Below are positions 25,112 through 38,400 of a stretch of DNA of 64,000 bases, piece after piece. Below the pieces are notes generated by a model, which worked only from the letters and a program-made list of their open reading frames with translations, made no database searches and was not told the DNA's origin. A program made the position numbers and the translations under genes. Numbering within the stretch: position 1 is the first letter of the stretch; the number at the start of each line of letters is the position of its first letter. Origin of the DNA: Takakia lepidozioides (lineage: Eukaryota > Plantae > Bryophyta); assembly GCA_030704615.1 (NCBI GenBank), contig CM060733.1, positions 68,696,001-68,760,000 on the forward strand, given 5' to 3'.

Positions 25112-25424
25112 GGGGGCTGGCGGCTGCAGCGCCTATTGCTCGACACATTGCAGAACCTACCACATCTAAGGTGGACCCCGCATGCCCCACCAGATATTAA
25201 GACCCCGACCCTAACCCGCTACACTTGCCCGCGGGTAGCGGGTTTACCGGGTTCTGGACCCAGCAGGCGGGTCCGGGTCCGGTTCCGGGTTCATTTGGGT
25301 CCGGGAGAAGTAGAGGATGTCAATGTCAGCATGTGGCGCACCTTGTTCCTATCGTGACTCATTCATATCTTATTAATATCTTCTCTACCTGAGATAGTAA
25401 CCCAAAAAAAAAAAAAAAACCAAA

Positions 25425-25700
25425 AATACCATTGAAAAGCGCTTAATGTGGCCCATTTTTTTTGTAGTTGGAGCAATTTTCATTAGAGGACATCTACCTA
25501 TAGCAATTTAGGGGTAAAACAAGTGGTGCCATCATGGCGCACGAGATATATTGCTCTTTTGGTACCTTGGACTTTAACCATTTTAACCATTTTAAGAAAT
25601 AAAGATACCATTGGAAAGCTCTTGATGAGCCCCAGCATTTTGTAGTTGGAACAATTTTGAGTAAAGTTCATCTACCTAGGATAATTTGAGGGTAAAGTAG
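25425..25700. repeat. Diverged ~95-bp direct repeat (ATACCATTGGAAAGC...TTGTAGTTGGA...CATCTACCTA)
   Basis: Copies start at ~25425 and ~25604; probably internal repeats of a non-autonomous DNA transposon. Confidence 0.55.
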
Positions 25701-28700
25701 AGGATGAAATGGTGTTGTATTGTTCATTCCTCTTTGGGTAAGCTTGTTGGCCTATCATGGCGCACCCCAGCCTGACACGTTCCAAAAATGGGCATACTTT
25801 CTTGCACCATGGGCATGCTTTTGAGCGCCACTATGGGGCACATGCGCCATGAACGGTGCTTCTACCCTATAACATGCTACATGAAATCTTTATATCCTCT
25901 ACAACCTGCTACAACATAGATGCAAGGACACATCTCAAAGCCTATCACACCAACCCAACCAAGTCAACAGAACAAGAGTCTGACCCCCTGCGAGTGCTCC
26001 CTCATCCAACAAATCTTCAATTTTGCTAGGCTGCCTAGCCACTTAGCCACTAGAGGGGTTAAGGCTTTGGTTGCATACAACAGGTTGTATTGGACATGAG
26101 TGATTCAAAGTTGTTTTGTGACATCAGTGATTTACCACCGGAAATTGAAAGCACTCTGACGCGGCAGCCTTTGTTAACTACCAATTTTTTGTGCAGTCAT
26201 TCTTACGACTATGACATGGTATACCTCTTGGTGATTTAAATTACCATTAACGTATCACCAAATACATTATCTGCTACCATTTGTTACGGCCTCTCATTTT
26301 ACAATATTAGCGTTGTTATGGCGTACGTGCGAGCTGAGCGGTGGGCCCCGCGCACGGACGCCCGGCTCCCCCCGCCCGCCGCTCCGCGCGGTTGCCCAGC
26401 CGCGCCCGCTCACCCCGCGGCAGTTCCCCCCCCCGCGCCCCCAGTCCGCCGCGGCCGGTCCGCTGAGCCAGTCCCCTCACGTCCACTCTGCCAGTCTGCC
26501 CACCAGTCCGCTGCCCATGAGTCCGCTTCCCTCCAGTCTGCCCGTCCGCCAGTTTGGCCGGCCAGTACGCTGGTGGGCGTTCCCTGAGCCAGTCCCCTGC
26601 CATCCAGTCCGACGACGACGCCCAATGACGCCACCCGATCTGGGCCGTCCATTTCAAAACCCATCCGAGTCCTCCCTTTTTAGGGCCTAAACCCTGCGAC
26701 CAAATCCGGCCTGTCTCTACTGAGGGCTCGTTGTTGTCCGATGTTGCGGTAGGCGTTTCCACGCACGCCCGTCTTCTTCTTGTGCACGAGCGACGTTCAT
26801 GATGATGAGGGGTGTGCCTGAACATGGCAGGACTGGCGGGGCGGACTCTACAGCCACCATCGTGCATATGCTTCCACTATTTTTGCATGTTTGTTGTGTT
26901 GTAGGGAATCTTGGGCTTTCTGGTATGGTTGTATGTCAGAAATATGCTACTGCCTTATTTGTTCTCCATATCGTCATCTGCTTCTGATCCCTCATGATAC
27001 GCTTAATGCCCTCGTTTTGCATCTGTCCTGAGAGGCTTCACCCCTTCGTATTGCAACCGAACCCATGTGGGCGGAAATCACGGAAGCATATGCACATGGG
27101 GGCGTGTATACATTGCAGATTTCGTATCGGACGGCGGGACTGTTTAGGGGACCAAGTAAACAGGTTTGCAAGGAACGTACAGAAGTTGTCAATAATAGAG
27201 AACCCCAAGAAATAATGCTTTGTGAAGGATCCACATCATATGATAGAGGGGTTGGCAGCAGATTCCAGCATTCCTGCTCATCGTGTCAACGGACGTGATC
27301 CAGTCTTAAGGTCCTCAATCATCCACAAGGTCTTGTTGAATGCACAGGTCTCAGCCATGACCTTCTCCTTGCTGAAGCGGGAGCATAATCTGTACATTGC
27401 CCAATTTTGAAGGAGGAGAGGTGGCTGAGACATGTGCAAACTGCCAGATCACGTGGATGTTTGTAGCGCTTCGGACTGGATCTTGTCCGTTGACACTTGA
27501 GGACAATGAGGACAATTCAGATATCAGTCTGATGTTCTGCCACTTCATCAGTCCATTGTGCCGCGAGTCAACATGCATTGGGTCTGCTGGCCCGTCAGTG
27601 CTTGGGATATCCCTCTTCGGGCCTAAATATCATGTTGTCAATCTGTTGAACCGTAGGTGTGCTGGAAGTCCGTCTGTTGGGATATCAGTCTGTTGCACTT
27701 CAACTGTTGGGATATCTGCCAGTTCTGCCGGGAGTATGTTTAGGATTGGGTCTGTTCGACTTTCCAGTTTTCCCCTTGGTTTCTTTTCCCATCAGACTCT
27801 CGTCAGTCTGTTGAACCCTCCTCTGCTACATACTCTGCAATTACCGCTCTCCCCAACATCAATGGTTGTGTTCCCGAATCCAACAAGACTCGCAGTGTCC
27901 GATACCTCCTCCCGGTTGGGCCACCCAACTGAAACACTTCATCCTAATTATCCACCGGGACTACTCCAGGAGTCACCATACTACGCTCAATGGCTGGCCT
28001 AGCTGGCAACTCCTGCAACCTTGTAGCTGCCGCTTGCCATGACACAGCTGTGGCTGTCTTCACCCTTGAATCCATGGCATCTATATATGCCCACGAGATA
28101 CGAGTACAACCTGTACAACATGCCATTGGATGTATCATCTTACGATTTTTTAAATTGGCAGCATTAGGGGGAGACAATGACATGGGATGCTCCTAGAGAG
28201 ATGCACGCTTTGGATGCAAAGACGTTAACTAGGGTTAAAGATCCGGTGACCTTTTGGGTGACATCCAACTGGGAAATAACCGTGCGTGCTAGAGGCATAC
28301 GGGACCCAGTCCAAAGGGAGCTTTTTTGCCGGAACTTGGGAGGGCATTGGAGCTGTACCAGACAAAGATTCTTCCGACTGCCTGAGAATCCGTGGGTGCC
28401 AGCGGAAAACGACCCATACAATCGCGAACACTAGTACAGAAACTGGTTTTTTTAACGGCTCTTCTCACACATTTTGGTGTGAAAAAAGCGCAAGTTCACA
28501 CCCCCCCTTGGTGTTAGGTTAACCTAGTCCTTTGCACCACATGTGAACTTTCTTGGTCCTGTGAAAAAAACCATCTCACACCAAACTTGCACCTGATGTG
28601 GCGGTAGGCTTAGGTGGCTCTTTTGACGGATATTTTGACAGTCGTTTTGACTGGTTAGTTCAACTACTATTTTGACTAAGTAATCTTAATGGTCTTTCTA

Positions 28701-30419
28701 CGGTACTTATTACACCTCGGCGCCACCATGTTTGCCACATGTATGTCAAAGGGAATGCCACGTAATAGAGTCCATCAGAATTATTAAATAAATAATAGAT
28801 ATTAAGGGCTCTTCTTACGGACTCTCTCACACAGATTTAACACCAGGTTCAAGTCGTGGTGTGATCGCAATGACACTAGTGTGAATACTGTCACATCCAC
28901 TGTTTTGTTCCTATTGGATGAAAAGTAAACAATTATTATTTGTTGACAAATGCCAAAATGAATAGTCATATTATTATTATTATTATTATTCTTATAATAA
29001 ATGGGATAGCACCCCAAAAGCCATTGGCTGCTTGATTTAATATGTAATATATTATTGTTTTAGAATTTTGATTTGTTTTGTTTCATTTAAACAAAAGCTT
29101 ATTTAAAACATGGATAATAATTGTATTATGAACCACATTGACCAGTAGTAATGTTATTAATATTAAATATAGCAAACAACCAGCAAAATACCACATTCAT
29201 GTCTACACAAGTTTAATTTGGCTTGATGTGGGAAAATGAAGTTGCCTTTGAACAAGGGGATCTTGTGATCATACATGAGAATAGCAAGAGCATCAATTCA
29301 AAAAATACTGTTCATGTCAGAAGAGCAGTTTTGTTCACCTGTCTCAGCAACCTTCAATCCATAAAGAAAACTAAACTAAAATTGTAGCATCTTCAATATC
29401 ACGCGTGTTTAATAAACTTTTCAGACCATAAGGTGGCACTTCCCTGCGTGTCACCCAATGTGGTATGATTAGGGGTAACAGAGTAGTCCGGGTACGGCAA
29501 CACAACCTCTGAAATCATGACCGATTTCACATGGATACGGTAATAGTTGTCTGGCACATTTGCTTTCGGAAATCCAGCAATATATCCCACACCTGCCCTT
29601 CTTTTTGGTGCACAAGGATCAAACAATAACACCTTGTCGCCGATCTGAAACTGCAACAAAAACCAGATTCCTATATCAGAAATGAACCCTGGAGAACAGA
29701 GACTGACAGCTTGGCACTCCTGCAAAATGCATCCTCGTTCTTCCAGCAAACACCCCAACCCTACCTATTGCAGTACTTCCAATTCTGAATTGCATTTGTC
29801 TGTCTCTATACTCCATGCTGACATGATCAAAGGTGGAACGGTGCTATACCTTTTTGATAGCAGGTTCTGCATGGTCAACATGGATGTGGTAGGACGATGT
29901 CACAAAACTACCTCTGTAGGTTGTCAATCCTGCAGCTACACAGCGATACATAGGGGGTGTATTGATCCAGCATCAGACAAGGAAACAAAAGAGGACAAAT
30001 GAAGTACTTACACTGTGCGGATTTTGTTGGTCACCCCATGGTTCAGTTACATCCACTGTGGTTGTAGTCTGATTGATAGCACATATTGTGCTTTCCCTGC
30101 CCATTGAACGCTTCACTAGTTTCACCATCTGCATATTGAATGACACATGATCAAAAAATGAGAATGACACGAATGACACACATTGTGAAGTAGCATTAAC
30201 AATACAAATCCACCCACGCGCCCAAGCATTGAATCTTTTGCTCTCACCTTTCTTTGATTATGCTTTGTTGTTGCATCGGGAGGCAAAGTCGTTGGAACTC
30301 TGGCAGCAGGAAGCCCTGGTTCGGATGCCTTTGCAGATTGTTGTGATCCATTACCCATGGCTGCAGTATTGAACAAGTAGTTGGGCTGCCCATATCTGTA
30401 TGGGTGCCCTGACACATAC

Positions 30420-30925
30420 TCAGGGATGTGTGCAGCCTTGGATACACCCTCTAACCAAGGCAGTAATTCTTTCATAAGCCTCTTGCAGTTTGGCTGATCC
30501 CTCAACTTCCATGGATACGGGAAGATGCAATTATTTGCAGGGTTGGGTAAGCAAGTGAGTGGGGAATCGTCCACCAGCAAAGTATTGGTTGGATTGTAAT
30601 GGCTGTAGTCCTTCCAAAACTTACATAAGTTCTTGTACATGACAGTTTTAGAAGGATTGAGAGGGTCCACCATTCCCACAGGTTGGTCACAATAGTCTTG
30701 GTGAAGCACCATCTTTGGTTGCTTCCCAGGAAACAATGCTTCCACAACTGGAAGGACATTACTCAATGACATGGAAGACCATACACCTACATCAAAAATC
30801 TGAAGGCATCGGTCCAGAAACTCCTGACACCCAGGTCTGGAGGTGACAGTGGGCTCTAGGTGTTCCCTTGTTCGTAGTCTGCTCTCACATAACAATCCAT
30901 TCAAGTCAAGTATAAGGATGTGTTT
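30420..30925 (-). other. FCP1/NIF (HAD-superfamily) phosphatase-like domain inside TnpA-like exon
   Basis: HILILDLNGLL...RPGCQEFLDRCLQIFDVGVWSS...HQDYC...YKNLCKFW...NTLLVDDSP...NPANNCIFP, matching HAD motifs I-IV. Confidence 0.88.
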
Positions 30926-33509
30926 CTGCCTCTCAGTTGCCGAAGGGCAATTACCAACAACTTGTACATGATTATCATGTACAAAAGACACACCTTTCTG
31001 TGGGGCACTCTGCAAATTCATGGAGACCTCACAGGCATATTGAGAGGGTAGTACATATGCCGGAAGTGCTACTGGTGTAGGGGACAACAAAACGGATGAA
31101 CACTTTGCAGTTGCCTCAACAATATGGGGGGATGGATTGAGTTCACCTTCAGACCAACCCTCCATGTCATCATCCCCCTCCATTTCTGAAAGCCCAAACA
31201 ATGAGCCTATTGTGTTTGGCTTTGGTGGCGGTGAAGAAACTGCCTTGAACAGGTTGAGTGGTGAGCCCATAACATGAGAAATAGTCTCATTTGTTGTGTG
31301 TGGCGCAAAGGTGGTGCATGGTGGACCTGTAGGTTCCGAATCTGGCACATTCATGCCAAGTTTAGCTGCGAGTGCAATGTTGAATGCAGCTGCTGCCTCC
31401 AGTTGGCCTTGGACTGCTTCCAAAGCTGCCTTGGAGCTGGCTTCCATCTGCACTTGTTTGTTTTCCATAGCATCGAGGCGAGCTGCTAGTGAACCAATTC
31501 CCTGCCCCATCACATAGAACACCTCCAAAGTAACAATTCACTACACTGACTGATGAACTAGTAAGAAAACAGAACCAAATGGCAACTAGCAATGGCATGG
31601 AAATCACAATATGTAATTCACACCAGAATTGGTACTGAGTTTATATACCGTTGTGGCTGCACTGCCTGTACACCCCGAGCCGTAGCCTTTGTCACTCCTG
31701 GCGCTACCGGCGATCTCCTGCAAACTTGGTGTACGTCCAGTCTCCTTCTCCTGTGATTGCAACAAACTTGCAAGTGTTAATGACTAGCATAGCACACTGC
31801 CAACAGTAAAGAATTATCTAGGATAGCGTCAATGACTCCCCCTCAATAAGAGTGCTTAGTTTCTTGCTGGCGCCCAACTCTGAGAAGGCCCCCAAGTAGT
31901 AGCAATGTGTACTAATTCAATGGTGATAGGAATAGACTCTGAGCTCCAGCCAAAAAAACCCAACACATAAAGTTTGTCAATGCAAAACAATGTGGGAACT
32001 TCCTATGTTGTAAGAGAAGTATACCAGTCGTGCTACAACACCGCTGATTCCACTGCGACCTGATCGAGATGTATTCTTCACACATCCCCGCGCCTTGACA
32101 CCATTTGCCTGAAATTTCTTGAAATCAGTGGAACCCCAACTAACAACTAGTTGTGCCCATGTCTTGTCTGGCACATGATGGGGTTTGGGCAGCCCCACAC
32201 TATAGTAATTTTTGAACAGCTTATTTCGTTGGTACTTGAGCTGCCCGCAAATTGTTTTTGTAATAGCCTTTATGTTAAGACCAGGAGGTCCGTATTCCCA
32301 ATCTGAAGCCAGGATCTCCATGATTTTTTCAATTAAGTGTAATGGTTGATCCTGAGCATACAATGACCAGTCCAACAAACGTTAACACTGCCCTCGCAGA
32401 GCTGTCATCCACTGGTTCCGAGCAGGACCTTCAGGGTTTCCAAGTTCATCACAAGAAATGAAAAATTTCCTCCTCCCTACAGCCACATTCTGAGCAGCCT
32501 GGTCTCTCAGATCTTTTGCAAGTGCCCTTCTTTCCCTCCTTAAAGCATTTTTGCGTTCTATAGGAGTCACACCTGATGTCCCCCCAGGACTAAGGCTGGA
32601 ATCCTGCAAGGTTTCAGCAGTACCATGCATGTTACCACCTTCACTCTGTTGGGGCTGGACTGCTGTCTCCCACCCCACAGGATGATGCGGAGCAAATGCA
32701 TCCTCGGTCTGTTTCAGAATGCCTTTCCCTTTCAGGGTATTAGGTGTACCTGGAGATGTTGGATAAAGAGGTGGCCGCGGTGCAGTGAAGCTCGAAGGTG
32801 CCGGCAGTTGTACTCCACTGTAGTTGGATCCTGAAGGTTGGTGGCCACCATACTGGACCTGCCCCTGGTGTGGTCTTGCAGGGCTGGTAGGATAGAGGGA
32901 GGAAGTAGGTTGGTTGTACATAGGCCGAGGAGGATACATACTATGGGGATGCATTCCATAATGGTGGTAAATGGAATACCCACCTTGACTAGGATCATGC
33001 ATTGGAGCGCCTGCAGGTGGAGCAAAAGAATTGTAATTCTGGCACTGAGAATCATTGTTTGGAGGTTGATAGTGAGGATACGGCATGTGCCCATGCAGAT
33101 TATACCCTGACATGGCAGGATACTGTGGGTACATAAGCGGATACGAGGGAGGAGCCGATACTGGTGGATACAAGGGAGCTGGAACGTCAGTCTGTGGAGT
33201 GGGCGGGGCTGGTTTTTCGTAAGGGGAAACAACCGCGCCACTCATCACAGCAGTTGGCGCAATAGTTGGTGCACACTTTGCTGGAGTAAGAGACTTATGC
33301 TCGTTCGCATCCTTCCCTGCAATTCCCTTCCTTTTTTTGACTGAACTCTACACACATTGCTCAACAGAAACATGTGAAACAATACGACCATACTACTAGG
33401 GATGGCAAACCACATGGGTAAGCCAAGCCCAAAGGCCTATGCAAGAAGACCCTGTCAGTCAGACCTATGGTACAGTCAGCTGAATCGCATGCCTCATACC
33501 AGCGACCCT

Positions 33510-34780
33510 ATGATAAATACCTGAATATTAGGAAGGAAGAACTCACCCTGCTAGATGAATCTGACGTGGAGGCTGAAGTGTCTAAGGCCATGTCAAAAGC
33601 ATGAAGAATGTCCGAACAAAACAATGTTAGGCATAAACTTCCCTGAACTCGTTTCCAGTTTGTGACATGGGTGAGGACTTTGAGGATGATCTGAAGGGCA
33701 GACCTACCCTTGGCACTAGACTGAAAATTTAACCTCCGGATGGGGAGTCTACCTTTGAACAATAAACAGATGCAGAGAGGAAAGGGAGATTGTCGATGCT
33801 CACTGGTGTGGGTGGCCTGAAGACAATGTCCATTTTGTGATACAAGTCTGGGGTATTCTCATCAGAGAGCGACCCTCTTCAGGACCATCAAGAACATAGT
33901 CCCTGCACCTCTGTTCACCAACTATCAATATCTCAAAGCTGAGTCTAAAGCGGTGGGCCCTGTTGGGGTCTCATTGCTTGGTAGCCCACATACAACAAAA
34001 CTGATGAACGTGTGAAGGGCTTTCTAAAAGGAATCTGGAAAGCCTGAACTAATGTTTATAACACGGTAAGTCCTACTAATGGAGTGAGCCCCTCATTCTA
34101 ATGGCAGACAGTTAATTAACTGTCTAGAAGATCTTCAGCTTTTCACCTTGAATATCAGGACAAGAGGTGACCAAGTGCAGTGGACTCGTGAGAAATCCCA
34201 AACTGGGGAACGCTCCATTGTGGATTATATCATAATGGACAAAAATTTGTTCCCCCAGTGTGCGAATGTGTTGATCGACAGAACTGATATTGCTACCTCT
34301 GACCAGTTCCTGGTTTGGAATGAGATCAAAAGGTGTTTTCCCAACACCAAGAGATATGTGAAACATTCGATTCGGAAGTGGCGCATAGAAAAACTTCATA
34401 ATGAGGAGGTCAAGGTTGAGTATGTCCAGGCCTTGCAAGAGGCTCTCCCTCTTGATGCAATCGCTCCAAGAACTTCAGTCTCGCTCTGATAACGCAAGAA
34501 ATGAAGTCGAAAGAGCAGGGGACTCTTGGGAGAGTTTCGTTTCCTCCGTGGTTGACAAGATCATTGGGATGAAACTAATTGTCTGTGCTAGAGCTGTTAA
34601 TTGGTGGACCAATGAGATTAAACTCAAGATAGCTGAGAGACGAGCCCTCTATAAAGAGTGCTGCAATTTGGAAACCAACAGAGAATTGTGGGCGAGGTAC
34701 TACCAGCTCCGTAAAGATATCAATCAGCTTGTTAGGTCTCAGAACCCTAAATTATACTGGGACAAGTTATATAGTGTTTG
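33510..34780 (+). mobile_element. Two RTE-X-like LINE fragments in an intron of the TnpA-like gene
   Basis: 33510-34095 matches the 3' CCHC region of the 6245-7106 family. 34120-34780 matches the endonuclease C-terminus (SIVDYII, SDQFLVW, WWTNEIK) at 7630-8140. Confidence 0.8.
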
Positions 34781-35434
34781 AAACTCGGAACTTTGGTGCA
34801 GATCGCAAACCTGCTGATGGGTTGGGGAGTTTGCAGGGTGCTTTGCGCGCTTTCTCTTTGTTGGGGCTTCTTTCATCGTTTCCATCTCTGACTCCGAGCT
34901 GGTCTCATTCAAGTCTTCATGTGCGGCATAATCTTGGTCTCGCTGCAATTCTTGCTCTCGTGCCTCCTCTGTGTCTGACTCCGCTACCACCTGCGCTTCC
35001 TCCTCTTGCTCTACCTCTTTCTCCCGTTGTGACATTGCAGAGTGCAGGAGTTGAACTCTGTGACTTCGGCGAGGAGGACCTGTGTGTTTGAGGATTTCCT
35101 CAACGAGGCGTTTAGGGCGACTCAATCTCGCTTCGACGCTGCAAAGAAGAAGAAGAAAGACAATGTCAACAGCAGCAAAACCCTAACATATCCTCTCTGC
35201 AGGTTTGGAGCTTTTAATGCGGTTTCATGGCTAGGGCTAGGTAGGGCATATGAAAAAACGCAAGTTCGGACCTCTTTGCAATGTCGTAGATCTTCAGTCG
35301 TGCGAAGAATGCCTTGTTCTCCGCTTGACGCTTTGCTCGTTCTACCTCCCTCGCTGTAGGCTTGCGCCCTGGTGTAACTTCTGGACACTCTATGTCTGTC
35401 TCCATTTCCTGACGAGTCTCACTCAGTCGCCAAG

Positions 35435-38400
35435 ATGATCCCTCCTACTGCCCATCGATTGCAAAGGCGGACACAAGCAGAACATGACGATGACAGATTG
35501 TGGAAACTAGAGGAAGCGCGAGCAAGAAGACTGGGTCTTCGGAAAATTCTATGTCCATGCAATGCCTGTCATGGTGGGAACTGGCAAACCATTGGCCGGG
35601 CTAAGCGTCATCTGCTTTTGAACTTGCGAGATCCTAACTTGCGAGAACTCCCGGTGCATATCTGTGGATTCTCTTCCCTTAACCCTGATGCATACTTTGA
35701 AATTATAAGAAACAGTTCAAATTCCTGGTAGCGGGATTGTTGTAAGGTGTAGAGTATTGTACATGCCCGTTTTCCTATTGCCACGTGCCTGTATTATGGC
35801 ACGTTCCACATCCACCATTTCCAACCCTAAACTCCCCATCTTATTGTGGATTGACATGTGGACTGATATGCTTATAAGCAGGAAAACTCTGGAGACGAAC
35901 ATGAGGGGTTTAGAACGGAAACCAGCCCTGCAGGTGGTCCTGATACCTTGGATCGTAATCTTGACATGCTTAGAATGCTCCGGGAGACATTCGCAACTAC
36001 AGATAATGGGGTGCAAACTGGTGATGCACATGAGGAACCGGGAGATGGAACACAGGGCCAATGGGACACAGATGGAGTGCCAGAGCAGACTGATGGTGGA
36101 CTGAAGAGCAATGGTGATCGTGGTGCAGCGAGTGCCTTACGTTTTGAGCAGGAGGCATCCAAGGCTTTGTATGTAGGGAGTTCTTCCTCTCGATTGTCTG
36201 CTACCTTACTGCTGTTAAATGCTTGTCAAACCCATGGTGTGTCAAACACCTTTGTCGATGAACTCCTTACATTGTTAGGAAGACAACTGTTGCCAGCAAA
36301 CAATTGCCTGCCAAAGTCCCACTATGAGGCAAAACAACTCATAATGGAACTCGGGCTTCATTACAAGAGTATACATGCATGTCCGAAAGGTTGTGTGTTG
36401 TTCAGAAGGGAGCTTCAAAATTTGGAGGTTTGTCCAAAATGTCAGGCATGTCGTTATGTGGTGGGTACGAAGACACCAGTACCTCGTAAGGTCCTTCGAC
36501 ATTTCCCTATCATTCCAAGGCTGCTTCGAATGTATAAAGCCAAATCCATCTCAGAGTTATTGTCATGGCACTTTAAGAATCGAAGTTTGGATGGCTTGGT
36601 TAGGCACCCAGCAGACATTAAGGCTTGGGCCCACACATTGACCAAAAATGGCCTGAGTTTGCAGCGGACCCCAGAAATCTGCGATTGGGTCTCGCATGGG
36701 ATGGTGTCAATCCTTACAGTGATAAATCAAACAAATGGTCAACTTGGCCTGTCATGTTGGTAAACTATAATCTTCCACCATGGCTGTGTACTAAGCCATT
36801 TTTCACGATGTTGGCTTTATTGATTCCTGGACCACAATCTGTGGGAAATGACAATGCAGATGTTTATCTGCAGCCCCTTGTGGATGAGCTGAAATTGTTG
36901 TGGGAAGTTGGTGTGGAGGCATTGGATGGAAGTAGCCTAGTGGGGCAACAGTCATTTCGCACGAGGGCCATCTTGATGTGGTCAATCCACGACTTTCCAG
37001 CTTATGGGTTGCTAGCAGGATGCGCACACGGGGGATACAAGGCCTGCCCAGCTTGCGGCCCTAATGTTGATTTCAGGTACTCCAAGGCATGCAAAAAAGT
37101 TTTGTATCTTGGTCATAGGAGATACTTGCCTGCTATTCATCCCTATAGGAATAACTCGTCCCACTTTAATGGACATGTGGAACATAGAGCAGCTCCTATG
37201 GTGGTCACTGCAAGTGAGCAATTTGACCGGGCTACAACCAGAGAGTTGTATCTCGCAATGGGAGGGGCTGAGGGGGGAAAACTGGACCCTTCAAAGGAAC
37301 ATGGCATGAAACGGGTCACTGTTTTGAACCAATTGCCATACTGGAAAGACTTACTCATCCGATACACACTGGATGTGATGCATTGTGAAAAAAATTTGTG
37401 TGAGAATGTGCTGAGAACCATCCTTGGGGAGAAGGACACAGCCACATCTAGGAAGGATATGGAACTCAATGTCATTCGTGAACACTTGTGGTTGAGACCC
37501 CATCCCTCTCACCCGAACAAGTTGGTCAAGCCTTTGGCCCCATATGTTCTTGCTAAAGATGAGAAGGTGCTGTTTTTGGAAACATTGGCTGTAGTAAAGG
37601 CCCCCACAGGTTATGCTGCCACATTCCAGAAACATGTGGCTGACAATAAACTGTCTACAATGAAAACCCATGACTACCATGTAATGATGCAGCAGATTTT
37701 ACCTCTTTGCATTCGAGGGGTATTGGGAAAGGGTCCACGGATGGCAATTATGAGGCTTTCTCGAGTCTTCCAAAAAGTGTGTGCAAAGATCATTAATCCA
37801 GCTGAGGTACCGGCCTTAAAAGAAGATGTTGCAATCACTATGTGTCTGCTGGAGAAAGAATTCCCTCCGTCATTTTTTGATATCATGACTCACTTGCTTG
37901 TACACCTTGTGGACGAATTGGAGGTGTGTGGTCCCGTGTCTAGCCGTTGGATGTATCCTATGGAACGGTATATGAAGACATTAAAAGGCTATGTAAGGAA
38001 TATGAGCCGACCTGAAGGGAGCATGGCGGAAGGGTATGCTTTGGATGAGCCCCTAGGGTTTCTAACTGAGTATATGGCTGAATTTCATGCTACAAGCCGA
38101 AGGGTGTGGGACTCCAATGAAGAAGACTTAGTTAGTGGGGAGGTGGTTGAAGGATTGGGAACTGTACGAGTCCTCACCATTCAAGAACGAGACAGTGCAC
38201 ATGAGTAAATTTTGCACAACACAGATTGCATGAAACCATTCCTTGAGTAAGTATGTTGCTTATCATATCCTGTGTGTTTCATTTCTGCCAATGGTATAAG
38301 CTGTAATCCTAATTTGCAATTCTCATTTGGACAGGGCCTATGAAGAGGAGATGGCACTCATAGAAGCATCCCGCACTGAGTTCTGAACAGCATACCTTTG

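Larger units (their letters stand above)
29399..35405 (-). pseudogene. CACTA TnpA/ORF2-like gene (Ptta/En/Spm-like plus FCP1/NIF plus Tnp1-like C-terminal domain)
   Basis: Phase-consistent exons 35405-35272, 35138-34811, 33347-32025 (one TAA at 32382), 31750-31649 and 31501-30248, then small exons of unresolved phase, then 29650-29399. Motifs: PHHVPDKTWAQLVVSW...NGVKAR...SGRSG; LDLNGLL; VLPYPD...TLGD...LW. Confidence 0.75.

Noticed and set aside
26313-26867. Several Pro/Arg/Gly-rich ORFs
   Set aside because: They are by-products of a GC-rich island with few stop codons and show no domain signal.
30122-31528. Stand-alone host NIF phosphatase gene
   Set aside because: It lies inside the CACTA TIRs, has no own ATG or promoter, and is bounded by splice sites in phase with TnpA-like exons.
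32382-32384. Programmed stop readthrough or RNA editing at in-frame stops (also 38912, 55574, 58782)
   Set aside because: Ordinary mutational decay (C-to-T deamination) of methylated transposons explains these more simply, and frameshifts co-occur.
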